Both the position numbers and the translations under genes were made by a program. The notes below the pieces were generated by a model, which did not search any database, was not told the DNA's origin, and saw nothing but the letters and a program-made list of their open reading frames with translations. This document shows positions 53,632 through 61,456 of a stretch of DNA of 64,000 bases, piece after piece (the stretch's first letter is position 1; every line of letters begins with the position of its first letter). The DNA is from Candidatus Saccharimonadales bacterium (GTDB lineage Bacteria > Patescibacteriota > Saccharimonadia > Saccharimonadales > SZUA-47), in assembly GCA_038211855.1 (NCBI GenBank), contig JBBQVE010000002.1, positions 6,332 through 70,331 of the forward strand, in the 5' to 3' direction.

Positions 53632-54642
53632 TTATGTTGCAGGAGCTGCTTCATCTTCGGTTGGTTTGATGGGTTTTTTACGGATAATCTCGTAGCGCTG
53701 ACCAGTCAGGGCAGATTCCATATAGTCATCGTTTAAGAGATTTACAAAGCGGTCTAAGGCTTTGCTGTCTTCGATAATAATAGCCCCAGAGTCATCTTGC
53801 ATTAGATCGATGTCTAGTTCTTCGGCGTGGTCAATAATCTCTTGTTGCTTGACGTGGTCAGTCTCGATTTTCTGTAGTTTGCGAATGACGTTCTTTTTGC
53901 CGGCAACCATCATCTGCAAGGTGACGCCTTCGGGGAAGCTGAGGCGGAAGTTGGTTTCGATAGCTTGGACCTTCTTTTCGGCGATACTCGCTTCCTTAGC
54001 GTCATAGCCAAAGAGCTGTTTGAGCCGAGTCTGACTAAAAACGTACATGTCTTGGTCGAGAATCAAAAGCTGGTTATCCATAGGAATACGCAGGGCGGCA
54101 TCGGCATCGAATGGCACGAACTTACCTTCCCGAATCATCCAGCCGGCTCGGCCACCCATGATATTGGCCTGCGGTAGCACTTTTACCAGATAAATTTGTT
54201 GCTTGATCGATGGGTGAGTCACGCGCGCAATGATGCCTTTCATACGCTTGAAGTCATGCTCTGCTTCCTTAAAGGTTTCGATTTCGTGTTCTTGAGTCTT
54301 GAGCCAGTTGATGGCTTCGCGGGCCTTTTCGACTTTGAACAACTGCGTGCGTTGCAAGACACCTTCTTCGTCTTCGGCCTCCTCAAACCCACGCACAACT
54401 AAGCCAGTTTCGGCACCATCTAAAATGTATTCCAGAATACCATCGATAAATAACGGCTCAAGGCTTTTGCGTAGTTCTTTGGCAATCGTCGTTTTATACA
54501 AAGTAAATTTCTTGCTCATCAAAAATAGGTCGATTTTAAGCTCGCCTTTGTACTGCACCAAATTATTTGCCCAAGCAAACACGTCGGTTTCTTTATAATT
54601 ATCAATGTCCGCCTGATCCGGCGCGAGAATATCTTCTGCCAT
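53632..54642 (-). CDS. DUF4868/KwaB-like protein (tentative)
   Basis: 336 aa. Its size and blocks LLILDQDMYVFSQTRLKQLFGYD and LLNDDYMESALTGQRYE resemble my recollection of DUF4868. AAAGG ribosome-binding site. Confidence 0.55.
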   Translation of the reverse strand: MAEDILAPDQADIDNYKETDVFAWANNLVQYKGELKIDLFLMSKKFTLYKTTIAKELRKSLEPLFIDGILEYILDGAETGLVVRGFEEAEDEEGVLQRTQLFKVEKAREAINWLKTQEHEIETFKEAEHDFKRMKGIIARVTHPSIKQQIYLVKVLPQANIMGGRAGWMIREGKFVPFDADAALRIPMDNQLLILDQDMYVFSQTRLKQLFGYDAKEASIAEKKVQAIETNFRLSFPEGVTLQMMVAGKKNVIRKLQKIETDHVKQQEIIDHAEELDIDLMQDDSGAIIIEDSKALDRFVNLLNDDYMESALTGQRYEIIRKKPIKPTEDEAAPAT

Positions 54643-54712
54643 AAATGAAATACCTTTTTGTTTTTATAGTCGGTTACAAGTGTAGCTTATTTTTCGGCGA
54701 TTTGGTAGCGAG

Positions 54713-55240
54713 CTAGGCAATAAAATCGATCGTTTCAAACAGATTTGGACCTTTGTTGGATGGATGCATAAATACAGCCATGCGCATCTGCGAAATCGTG
54801 ATTTGGTATGCGATATAATTACCTGCAGACAGTTTTGACAGAGGCGGTGTACCGGCGAAGCTGCTTGATTCCGCGGACTGGAGCATGTGTAAAAATGACT
54901 TCTGAGCCAAGACTTTATCGCTGATTATTTTTGCTTTGCCCGTAATCTGAACGCTCGTCTGTGTTGGTGACTCATACACAACCAACATGACGTGATTGTT
55001 AAACTGAAGATCGTCATTTTTCTTCGTACGTCGCTTTGTCGTGAATAGTATCGTATCATCTTCCTGGATTGAAAAATAAATAACCGTTGCCTGTGGATTG
55101 CCATCTGGGTCGACAGTTGCGAGCACGCCGATGGGGTGCATGTTTAAAAAGTCTCTAATTCTTTTTTCACTCGTTGCTCGTGCCGATATGTTATGGTCCA
55201 ACAAAGGTATGTGCATGATTATTTCTCCATTATTCTCCAT
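54713..55240 (-). CDS. pyridoxamine 5'-phosphate oxidase-family (FMN-binding split-barrel) protein
   Basis: IRDFLNMHPIGVLATVDPDGNPQATVIYF...ILFTTKRRTKKNDDL. The start is taken at MENNG (or MHIPLL at 55216). The upstream ORF extension runs through the palindrome and is not credible. Confidence 0.7.
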   Translation of the reverse strand: MENNGEIIMHIPLLDHNISARATSEKRIRDFLNMHPIGVLATVDPDGNPQATVIYFSIQEDDTILFTTKRRTKKNDDLQFNNHVMLVVYESPTQTSVQITGKAKIISDKVLAQKSFLHMLQSAESSSFAGTPPLSKLSAGNYIAYQITISQMRMAVFMHPSNKGPNLFETIDFIA

Positions 55241-55262
55241 ACTATCTAGGTATTTTCCGACT

Positions 55263-55309
55263 ATCACCGTGCCTAGAATCACAGTATGTGTGATTCTAGG
55301 CACGGTGAT
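55263..55309. repeat. perfect inverted repeat with 21-bp arms and a 5-nt centre (ATCACCGTGCCTAGAATCACA gtatg TGTGATTCTAGGCACGGTGAT)
   Basis: Verified base by base. It lies in the 112-bp divergent intergenic region between 55240 (-) and 55353 (+). Confidence 0.97.
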
Positions 55310-55352
55310 GTACGCGTAGAAGTGCTTAACTAGATACGTCAGGAGGCATGAT

Positions 55353-55862
55353 ATGTATGAATCACTCACATCAAACAACTTGCACCGAAGCAGGCTTATG
55401 AACCTAAGGAAGATTTGGCTACCAAAGCGACCCCATAAGCTCACGCACAAGCAAAGAATTGCACTCGAGCTACGAAAACTCGGCGTGTCCGAATTTGCTA
55501 TGTACCGAATGGAAAGTCGCTACCTACCAACAATCATTCATGACAAAGAGCATCTTAGGGGTGTTGTGTATGGCCACTGCAAGGTTGGTTTTGCGATGCT
55601 CGTGGCAACCGATAGGCGAGTCATATTTTTTGACAAGAAGCCGCTTTTTGTAAATAAGGATGAACTTACTTATGATGTCGTAAGTGGGGTAAGTTTTAGT
55701 GCTGCCGGTCTTGGATCGACGGTCACATTGCATACTCGCGTTAATGATTACACACTGCGTACGTTCAACAGAAAATGTGCTTCGACTTTCGTCGCATATA
55801 TTGAATCACGACGTTTGGAGCACTTGCAGGGTGATGCTCGGAGGGCAGTCACCTTATTATAG
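55353..55862 (+). CDS. bacterial PH-domain (YokE-like) protein
   Basis: AGGAGG lies 6 nt upstream. LRGVVYGHCKVGFAMLVATDRRVIFFDKKPLFVNKDELTYDVVSGVSF fits the bPH pattern. Confidence 0.6.
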   Translation: MYESLTSNNLHRSRLMNLRKIWLPKRPHKLTHKQRIALELRKLGVSEFAMYRMESRYLPTIIHDKEHLRGVVYGHCKVGFAMLVATDRRVIFFDKKPLFVNKDELTYDVVSGVSFSAAGLGSTVTLHTRVNDYTLRTFNRKCASTFVAYIESRRLEHLQGDARRAVTLL

Positions 55863-55871
55863 TCGGGCTGC

Positions 55872-56681
55872 TTAGCTAAGAAGCGCACCACCGTCAACGA
55901 CTATCTGGCTACCAGTCATATATGACGCCATGCCTGATGCCAGAAACAGCACAACTGTGCCGATTTCATCCGGCGTGCCCATCCGACGCATCGGCAGTTT
56001 TATCATAAAAGCTTCGGATTGTTTTTGTTTTTCTTGATCCGTCGCGGGCTGCATGGCGGCAACGCCGGGTGTCAGAATCCCGCCGGGAGCGACTGCGTTT
56101 ACCCAGATATTGTATGGCGCCAGTTCCAAGGCGGAGTTTTTAGTAAAGCCCCACACGCCATGTTTAGAGGCATCATAATGTGCTAAACCAACCATCGAAG
56201 GGTGAACGGCATCGATTGAAGTAATATTGACGATGCGTCCTCCCGTTCCCTGTTGTTTCATAACCTCGGCCACGTACTTGGTCGTCAAAAAGACGCTGCG
56301 CAGGTTCACGTGCATGACGCGTTCAAATTGTTCGGCCGTCATGTGTGCCACCGGTGCAGGTGGATAAATCCCAGCGTTATTTACAAGTATATCTACGGTA
56401 CCAAACTGTATCCGGCACTCGCCGATCATGTTGATGACTTGTTCTTCAGAGGAAACATCCGTCTCGATGGCTGCAGCAGTCCAGCCCTTATCGCTGAGTG
56501 CTTGAGCTGCTTGCCGGGCGGCCACTACATCGGTATCGGCTAGTAATACTTTGGCACCTGCTTCGGCCAACCGAGCAGCGATTCCGTAACCGATACCCTT
56601 CGCACCACCGGTGACGATCGCCGTTTTACCGTTCAAAGAAAGTAACTCAGTGATGCTGGGTAGTTGCTGCTGGCTCGCCAT
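55872..56681 (-). CDS. short-chain dehydrogenase/reductase (FabG/glucose-1-dehydrogenase-like)
   Basis: TGGAKGIGYG, NNAG, YDASKHG and 269 aa. Confidence 0.9.
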   Translation of the reverse strand: MASQQQLPSITELLSLNGKTAIVTGGAKGIGYGIAARLAEAGAKVLLADTDVVAARQAAQALSDKGWTAAAIETDVSSEEQVINMIGECRIQFGTVDILVNNAGIYPPAPVAHMTAEQFERVMHVNLRSVFLTTKYVAEVMKQQGTGGRIVNITSIDAVHPSMVGLAHYDASKHGVWGFTKNSALELAPYNIWVNAVAPGGILTPGVAAMQPATDQEKQKQSEAFMIKLPMRRMGTPDEIGTVVLFLASGMASYMTGSQIVVDGGALLS

Positions 56682-56939
56682 ATATCTCGATTCTAGGCTG
56701 TTTGAAACCTGCTTACGTAGGCCTCCAGTTAATACTAAAAGGAGATTAAAAGATGTACGTTATGTTGCAATCAAAACATTCGCGTTCGTTGCATTTTACG
56801 TTGGAAACACCGTCGTTTTTGTAGAAGGCGTAGATTTGCTTGTTCGTTAACTGAACGGCGCAAGTTGTATGCCTCCGTTTGAAGTGCAGATAGCCAGGTT
56901 CGTCGTATCTGAAATAATTCAGATAACCAAGAACATAGT

Positions 56940-57771
56940 ATGATAAAAATATCATCAAAAAAGTTCTCGCTCTTTTTATTACCTTTCTGGCTGTATGTGG
57001 CGGCTCGGCACATGCCGCAATCAACGGCTGGGTGGGTACACCTTCGCCGGCTGCTTGGTGGTCATTTAGCGCGCCAGCTACGACGCTATCTGGCGATATC
57101 ACCATCGAGCAGGACAATACGACGGGGTATACGCCACCTTCAACCTGCAATCTGATGATGGCACGCAGAAGGTTTGGCGTGCTGACATCGCCAACAAATC
57201 AACTGGCGCATCAACGCCTATCGGATCTATCAATGTGCCATCGGGTCACGGCAGAATCAAGCCGAACGTTTCAACCTTTCACGAAAGATTTAGCGGCAGT
57301 ACCGACAGCTGCGAAGCACTTGAACCGTCAAGGGCACGCCTCAACAACATAAAACTCGGCGGCAACCTGGGTAAGATTTATTCAACGACGGTCGGCACGG
57401 CCAGATTGTGTGCGAACTCAGGTGTAGCGACGGCCAATAATGAGTTTTTGAGCTGGTTCAATGCTGCCCCGGCTGTGGCAGCCACACCCGTAGTGGCGAC
57501 TCCAACGGTTATGCCGACGATTCAGACCCAAACAACGCCACAAGTAACCACCGTGCAGCCTGCAAATAAGGTTGTCGCAAAGCCGACTGCAGTTACAAAA
57601 CTCGTGGACAGTATCTTGCCAAGAGTGGGCGGTTTGATTGTGCTGCTTTCTGGGGGAGCATATGTTCTAAGAAAGAAGTCGCTCAGGCCGCCCAGACATG
57701 CTCAGTTCGATGCGCCACACGTCGTTGACCCGGCCGCTAGTGTGCCGAGCGATCCAACCCGCTTACCATAA
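56940..57771 (+). pseudogene. cell-surface protein (signal peptide ... LPRVG plus TM plus RKK anchor) split over three reading frames by two single-base shifts in homopolymers
   Basis: ATG 56940 gives MIKISSKK in frame 0. The signal peptide VLALFITFLAVCGGSAHA is in the -1 frame after the A6 run at 56957-56962. The protein-like sequence moves another -1 at GGGG 57124-57127. The C-terminal anchor lies in the frame of 57235-57771. Confidence 0.65.
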
Positions 57772-57779
57772 TGTGGGAT

Positions 57780-58307
57780 TTAGGCTTCGAGGAGGGCGCC
57801 GTTTTTCGAAACATCAGGTACGCAGCACATGCTCCGGTTAAAGCAGCAGGGTCTGCGTAAGCCATTTTTGAGCTTCGAAGCAGACACTACGATACGTTTT
57901 GCGCGAGTGTCGGCATTTGCGGTCGAACCGATCCAACGGAGCCATTCCCAGCGCGCCATTGGTGTGACGTCATCCCAGAGATGCTTTGTTTCAGGATTAG
58001 TAACGAGTCCGGTTTTTACATCTGTTGGGATAGCAGGTTCTGGCCAGTCTTTGGCGGCTTCAATGGATAGCTTGACGGTGTCGCCTACATTCGATTTTAT
58101 GGCTTTTTGCATCGTCTTATCGACATGTAGCCAGTGGCCACCACGCCCATCAGGTCCGAGAGCGTTCAAAAACTCAAAGTCGTCAATAGTCCCTTTAACC
58201 ATGACCTGTCCGCGTGAAGGGAGCTTAGCGCTGGCACTTTGCGGCAACTTGGCAATAATCCAAGTATTGATTTCAGAAAGTGTCGTTTCAAAGTTTATGG
58301 ATGGCAT
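57780..58307 (-). CDS. DUF1905 plus YdeI/OmpD-associated family protein
   Basis: N-terminal beta-barrel pattern (KLPSRGQVMVKGTIDDFEF) and C-terminal KRIVVSASKLKNGLRRPCCF. Confidence 0.72.
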   Translation of the reverse strand: MPSINFETTLSEINTWIIAKLPQSASAKLPSRGQVMVKGTIDDFEFLNALGPDGRGGHWLHVDKTMQKAIKSNVGDTVKLSIEAAKDWPEPAIPTDVKTGLVTNPETKHLWDDVTPMARWEWLRWIGSTANADTRAKRIVVSASKLKNGLRRPCCFNRSMCCVPDVSKNGALLEA

Positions 58308-58347
58308 GTATATCTATGATACCAGTAGATGTCTTGCACTTAGTCGA

Positions 58348-58650
58348 CTAGTTTGGTTTGTCGCTGGATCTGGGCCGGTAGAGAAGGAAAACCATGTAGG
58401 CTTGTAAAATGATGCTCACAACAGGGAGCAAAAGTAACTTCCAGTCAATTTTACCGACAGAGATTGCTGCCAACACGACGCTAAAGGTGCCGATAAGCCA
58501 GGAAATTCTCGTCTCGGTTTCTGGTTGTATCTTGGCCTTCTTGAAGGTCGGTAACAATGCCACGGTGTCTGCAACGACACTCGCCAGAATGCTATAAACT
58601 GGCGATCTCAGGATGAGCCACAAGGCAACGCCCAGTAGGCAGACCAGCAA
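58348..58650 (-). CDS. small membrane protein (3 TM, 100 aa)
   Basis: TTG start with GGAG 11 nt upstream. Hydrophobic throughout. Confidence 0.45.
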   Translation of the reverse strand: MLVCLLGVALWLILRSPVYSILASVVADTVALLPTFKKAKIQPETETRISWLIGTFSVVLAAISVGKIDWKLLLLPVVSIILQAYMVFLLYRPRSSDKPN

Positions 58651-58706
58651 ACAAATTCATTCTCCGAAGAGGATCCATAAATAGTTTATTTTGTTATAGT
58701 TAATTC

Positions 58707-59897
58707 ATGCTTAAAAAAATACCTGGCTCGGTGTATATTCTCGGTGCCGTCAGTTTCTTTAATGATGTCGCCAGCGAAATGCTCTACCCAATCATGCCAA
58801 TCTTTTTGACGCAGGTGCTTGGCGCGCCGGTCGCAGTTTTGGGCCTTATTGAAGGTATTTCTGACGGCAGCGCAGCTATTTTTAAGATTATCTTTGGACG
58901 ATGGTCTGACCGGCTTGGTAAGCGCAAGCCATTCGTATTTTTTGGCTACTCAGCGTCGGCCGTTTCTAAACTTGTAATCGCTCTCTCCAACATCTGGGGC
59001 GTGGTGTTTATTGGACGGGTGATAGATAAGTTTGGCAAAGGCTTACGCACTGGTGCGAGAGACGCATTATTATTGGATGCATCAAATGAGAAGAACCGCG
59101 GCTTAGTATTTGGCGTTCATAGTAGTATGGACAGCGCTGGTGCGGTCGTCGGCCCACTCATCGCGCTCGTATTACTCCATACCTTCAACGGTAACATCCG
59201 CAGAATCCTTTTTGTCGCAGTTATTCCAACGCTTATTGGCGTACTACTCATATCTTTTGTGCGCGAAACAAAACACCCAAAAACCGAAAAAGTCAGTACT
59301 ACGCCACTGCCAAAAATGAGCCTTAAAACATTGCCGAAGGAACTAAAGATATTTTTGGTGGCCAGTGGATTGTTTTCTTTAGGCAATAGTTCAGATAGCT
59401 TTCTGATTTTGCGCTCAAAGAATTTGGGCCTGAGTTTGTCATTTGTTGTGCTGGCCTATGTCGTTTATAACATCGTCTATACCGTCGCCTCGATACCGGC
59501 AGGAAGCCTGGCCGATAAGATAGGACCGAAGCGCGTCTTTATAGCTGGCGTTATCATATACGTCTTGGTGTACATCGGCTTTGCATTCAACAAATCTACG
59601 GCGAATATATGGTGGCTTTTTGCGGTGTACGGCCTCTACATTGCTCTTACCGACGGTGTGTCTAAGGCACTTGTTGGCCAATACATCAGCAAGAAAGAAG
59701 CCGGTGGCATCTATGGCCTACTGCAAACTATTAACAGCGCAGGTATTCTGCTCGCTTCAATAGTCGGTGGGCTACTGTGGTCAACTATTGGTCCTTGGGC
59801 GACCTTCGCGTTCGGTGCAGTCGCAGCTGGCTTGGCTTTGTTGGTCTTTTTGTTCGCTGCTACGAGCACGCATCGCATATCTCCACAAAACTCATAA
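58707..59897 (+). CDS. MFS transporter
   Basis: 396 aa, 12 TM segments, and the loop motif GRWSDRLGKRKP between TM2 and TM3. Confidence 0.88.
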   Translation: MLKKIPGSVYILGAVSFFNDVASEMLYPIMPIFLTQVLGAPVAVLGLIEGISDGSAAIFKIIFGRWSDRLGKRKPFVFFGYSASAVSKLVIALSNIWGVVFIGRVIDKFGKGLRTGARDALLLDASNEKNRGLVFGVHSSMDSAGAVVGPLIALVLLHTFNGNIRRILFVAVIPTLIGVLLISFVRETKHPKTEKVSTTPLPKMSLKTLPKELKIFLVASGLFSLGNSSDSFLILRSKNLGLSLSFVVLAYVVYNIVYTVASIPAGSLADKIGPKRVFIAGVIIYVLVYIGFAFNKSTANIWWLFAVYGLYIALTDGVSKALVGQYISKKEAGGIYGLLQTINSAGILLASIVGGLLWSTIGPWATFAFGAVAAGLALLVFLFAATSTHRISPQNS

Positions 59898-59930
59898 AGT
59901 TATTTTGTCTTTTATAAGGTGGAGAATTTA

Positions 59931-61091
59931 TTAAGCATGTTTATGAACATCTGCCGGCTTCGCGTTCATCATTTTGAGCATCATCGGGCCGCCCGTCCGT
60001 AAAAATCGAAACACTAACGCTCCCGCTATGACCAAGAACACGATGTTTAGTACGGTGGTGTAATTCCAGCTCACTGCTGCGTCCAAGACTTTGGCATTGC
60101 GTAGATGCGGCGTTAGATGCAACAAAGCAAAAAGTCCTTCAATGATGTAACCGGCGACGACCATCGCCGCGTAAAAGGTAGCAAATAAGAAACCGGCCAT
60201 TTTCCAGCCGTAGTATTTGGCGTAGATACGAATAATTGGCAGGATGATCAGGTCAGCGAAAATAAAGCTGATGACACCCCCAAAGCTTATGCCGCCATTC
60301 CAGAGCACAGCCGCCAACGGCACATTTCCAACGCTACAGACAAACGAAATAACTGCGATTAGTGGCCCCACCAATGGCCCCCAAGCAGCAGCCACCAACG
60401 GGTGCTTCACAAAAAAGAATGTTTGCCAAAAGTGCGATGGTACCCACGCTGCTAATGCACCTGCAATCAATAAGCCAAGGACAATATCTGTCCAAATTGA
60501 TGCCCAGTCCATGACAAAGAAGTGACTGGTCGCCGTACGCCCAGCCGGAGATTTTAGCTTCTGCCAGATACTCTGGTTACCTTCAACTGCCATATCATCC
60601 ATGGCAGCGTGACCCTCCATACGGCCGGCTATGTCTTTGTTGGCTTGTGCGCGAGCTTCGCGTACCATACGCTTCGTTAAAAAACGACGGAATACTATCG
60701 CCAAGAGCGCAATCATTATGGGGCCACCTGCAAATTCGGCCGCCGTAAATTGCCAGCCGAGGAGTAAAACCATAATAATGCCCAGTTCAATCACCAGATT
60801 GGTGCTGGCCATCTCAAACGCCATAGCGGAGGTAAAGTTACCACCTTTTTTGAATATTGAGCGAGCTAATGCGACGGAAGCGTAGGAGCAGGAACTTGAG
60901 GCTGCGCCGAGCAAACTGGCTTTCACGATCGTCTTCGGGGAATCGTCGGGTAATAGTTTCGCCATCTGCTTGTGTGATACCACAGCTTGTATAACACCAC
61001 TCAGCGTGAAGCCGAGTATAAGTGGCCATAGTATCTCCCAAGACATCGCAAAGGACATCCCTAGTGCGTGCAGTAGTGCGTGTATAATCAT
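59931..61091 (-). CDS. Cys-containing permease (ArsP/DUF318-type predicted permease)
   Basis: 386 aa, polytopic. AASSSCSYASVALARSIF and VCSVGNVPLAAVLW are paired Cys motifs. Sits 8 nt downstream of the metal-sensor gene. Confidence 0.7.
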   Translation of the reverse strand: MIIHALLHALGMSFAMSWEILWPLILGFTLSGVIQAVVSHKQMAKLLPDDSPKTIVKASLLGAASSSCSYASVALARSIFKKGGNFTSAMAFEMASTNLVIELGIIMVLLLGWQFTAAEFAGGPIMIALLAIVFRRFLTKRMVREARAQANKDIAGRMEGHAAMDDMAVEGNQSIWQKLKSPAGRTATSHFFVMDWASIWTDIVLGLLIAGALAAWVPSHFWQTFFFVKHPLVAAAWGPLVGPLIAVISFVCSVGNVPLAAVLWNGGISFGGVISFIFADLIILPIIRIYAKYYGWKMAGFLFATFYAAMVVAGYIIEGLFALLHLTPHLRNAKVLDAAVSWNYTTVLNIVFLVIAGALVFRFLRTGGPMMLKMMNAKPADVHKHA

Positions 61092-61099
61092 AATGTCTT

Positions 61100-61384
61100 T
61101 TATCTGGCTCGATTGGAGCTTAATTCATAAAGTTTGAGGAGTTCTTCGACTGCTTCGTCAGTCCGCTTATTATCATTGCTCTGCATTTTTTCAGTGAGAT
61201 GTGTACGGACGTGATTTTCGAGAATAAGTTTATTAAGTGAGCCGAGCGAGGCTTGGATGGCGAGACTCTGTGTCAGGATATCCATACAGTACTCCTCATT
61301 TTCTATCATTTTTTGCAGGCCACGCATTTGGCCTTCTAGTATTTTGGTGCGGTGCAAAGAACGCTTTTTTAGACCTACAATCAT
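61100..61384 (-). CDS. CsoR/RcnR-family metal-sensing transcriptional repressor
   Basis: RTKILEGQMRGLQKMIENEEYCMDILTQSLAIQASL...ENHVRTH. The ligand pattern is Cys...His-x3-His (RcnR-like rather than the Cys-His-Cys of CsoR). The start is taken at MIVGLKK. Confidence 0.85.
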   Translation of the reverse strand: MIVGLKKRSLHRTKILEGQMRGLQKMIENEEYCMDILTQSLAIQASLGSLNKLILENHVRTHLTEKMQSNDNKRTDEAVEELLKLYELSSNRAR

Positions 61385-61396
61385 ACCTAAATTATA

Positions 61397-61411
61397 TACC
61401 CCATAGGGGTA
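61397..61411. promoter_or_regulatory. CsoR/RcnR-type operator candidate TACCCC-ATA-GGGGTA
   Basis: Perfect 6-bp G/C-tract inverted repeat, 13 nt upstream of the repressor ATG, inside the 72-bp divergent intergenic region. Confidence 0.6.
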
Positions 61412-61456
61412 CTTTGTATAATGTCTATCTTGCACCGCTCCTGTTACAATTGGCAT

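Noticed and set aside
56746-57150. 134-aa minus-strand ORF
   Set aside because: Its upstream two-thirds are antisense to the signal-peptide region of the surface-protein gene. Only a 69-aa remnant (56746-56955) could be independent, and that has no convincing ribosome-binding site or -10 element. It is mentioned in the findings but not called as a gene.
57640-57771. Assigning the surface protein as a definite sortase substrate
   Set aside because: The motif is LPRVG rather than LPxTG, and about 35 residues follow the RKK stop-transfer. That tail is longer than in typical sorting signals, and no sortase gene is in the window. It is described only as an LPxxG-like C-terminal anchor.
57829-58407. 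192-aa ORF on the plus strand
   Set aside because: It is antisense to the DUF1905/YdeI-like gene, whose family motifs are clear on the minus strand.
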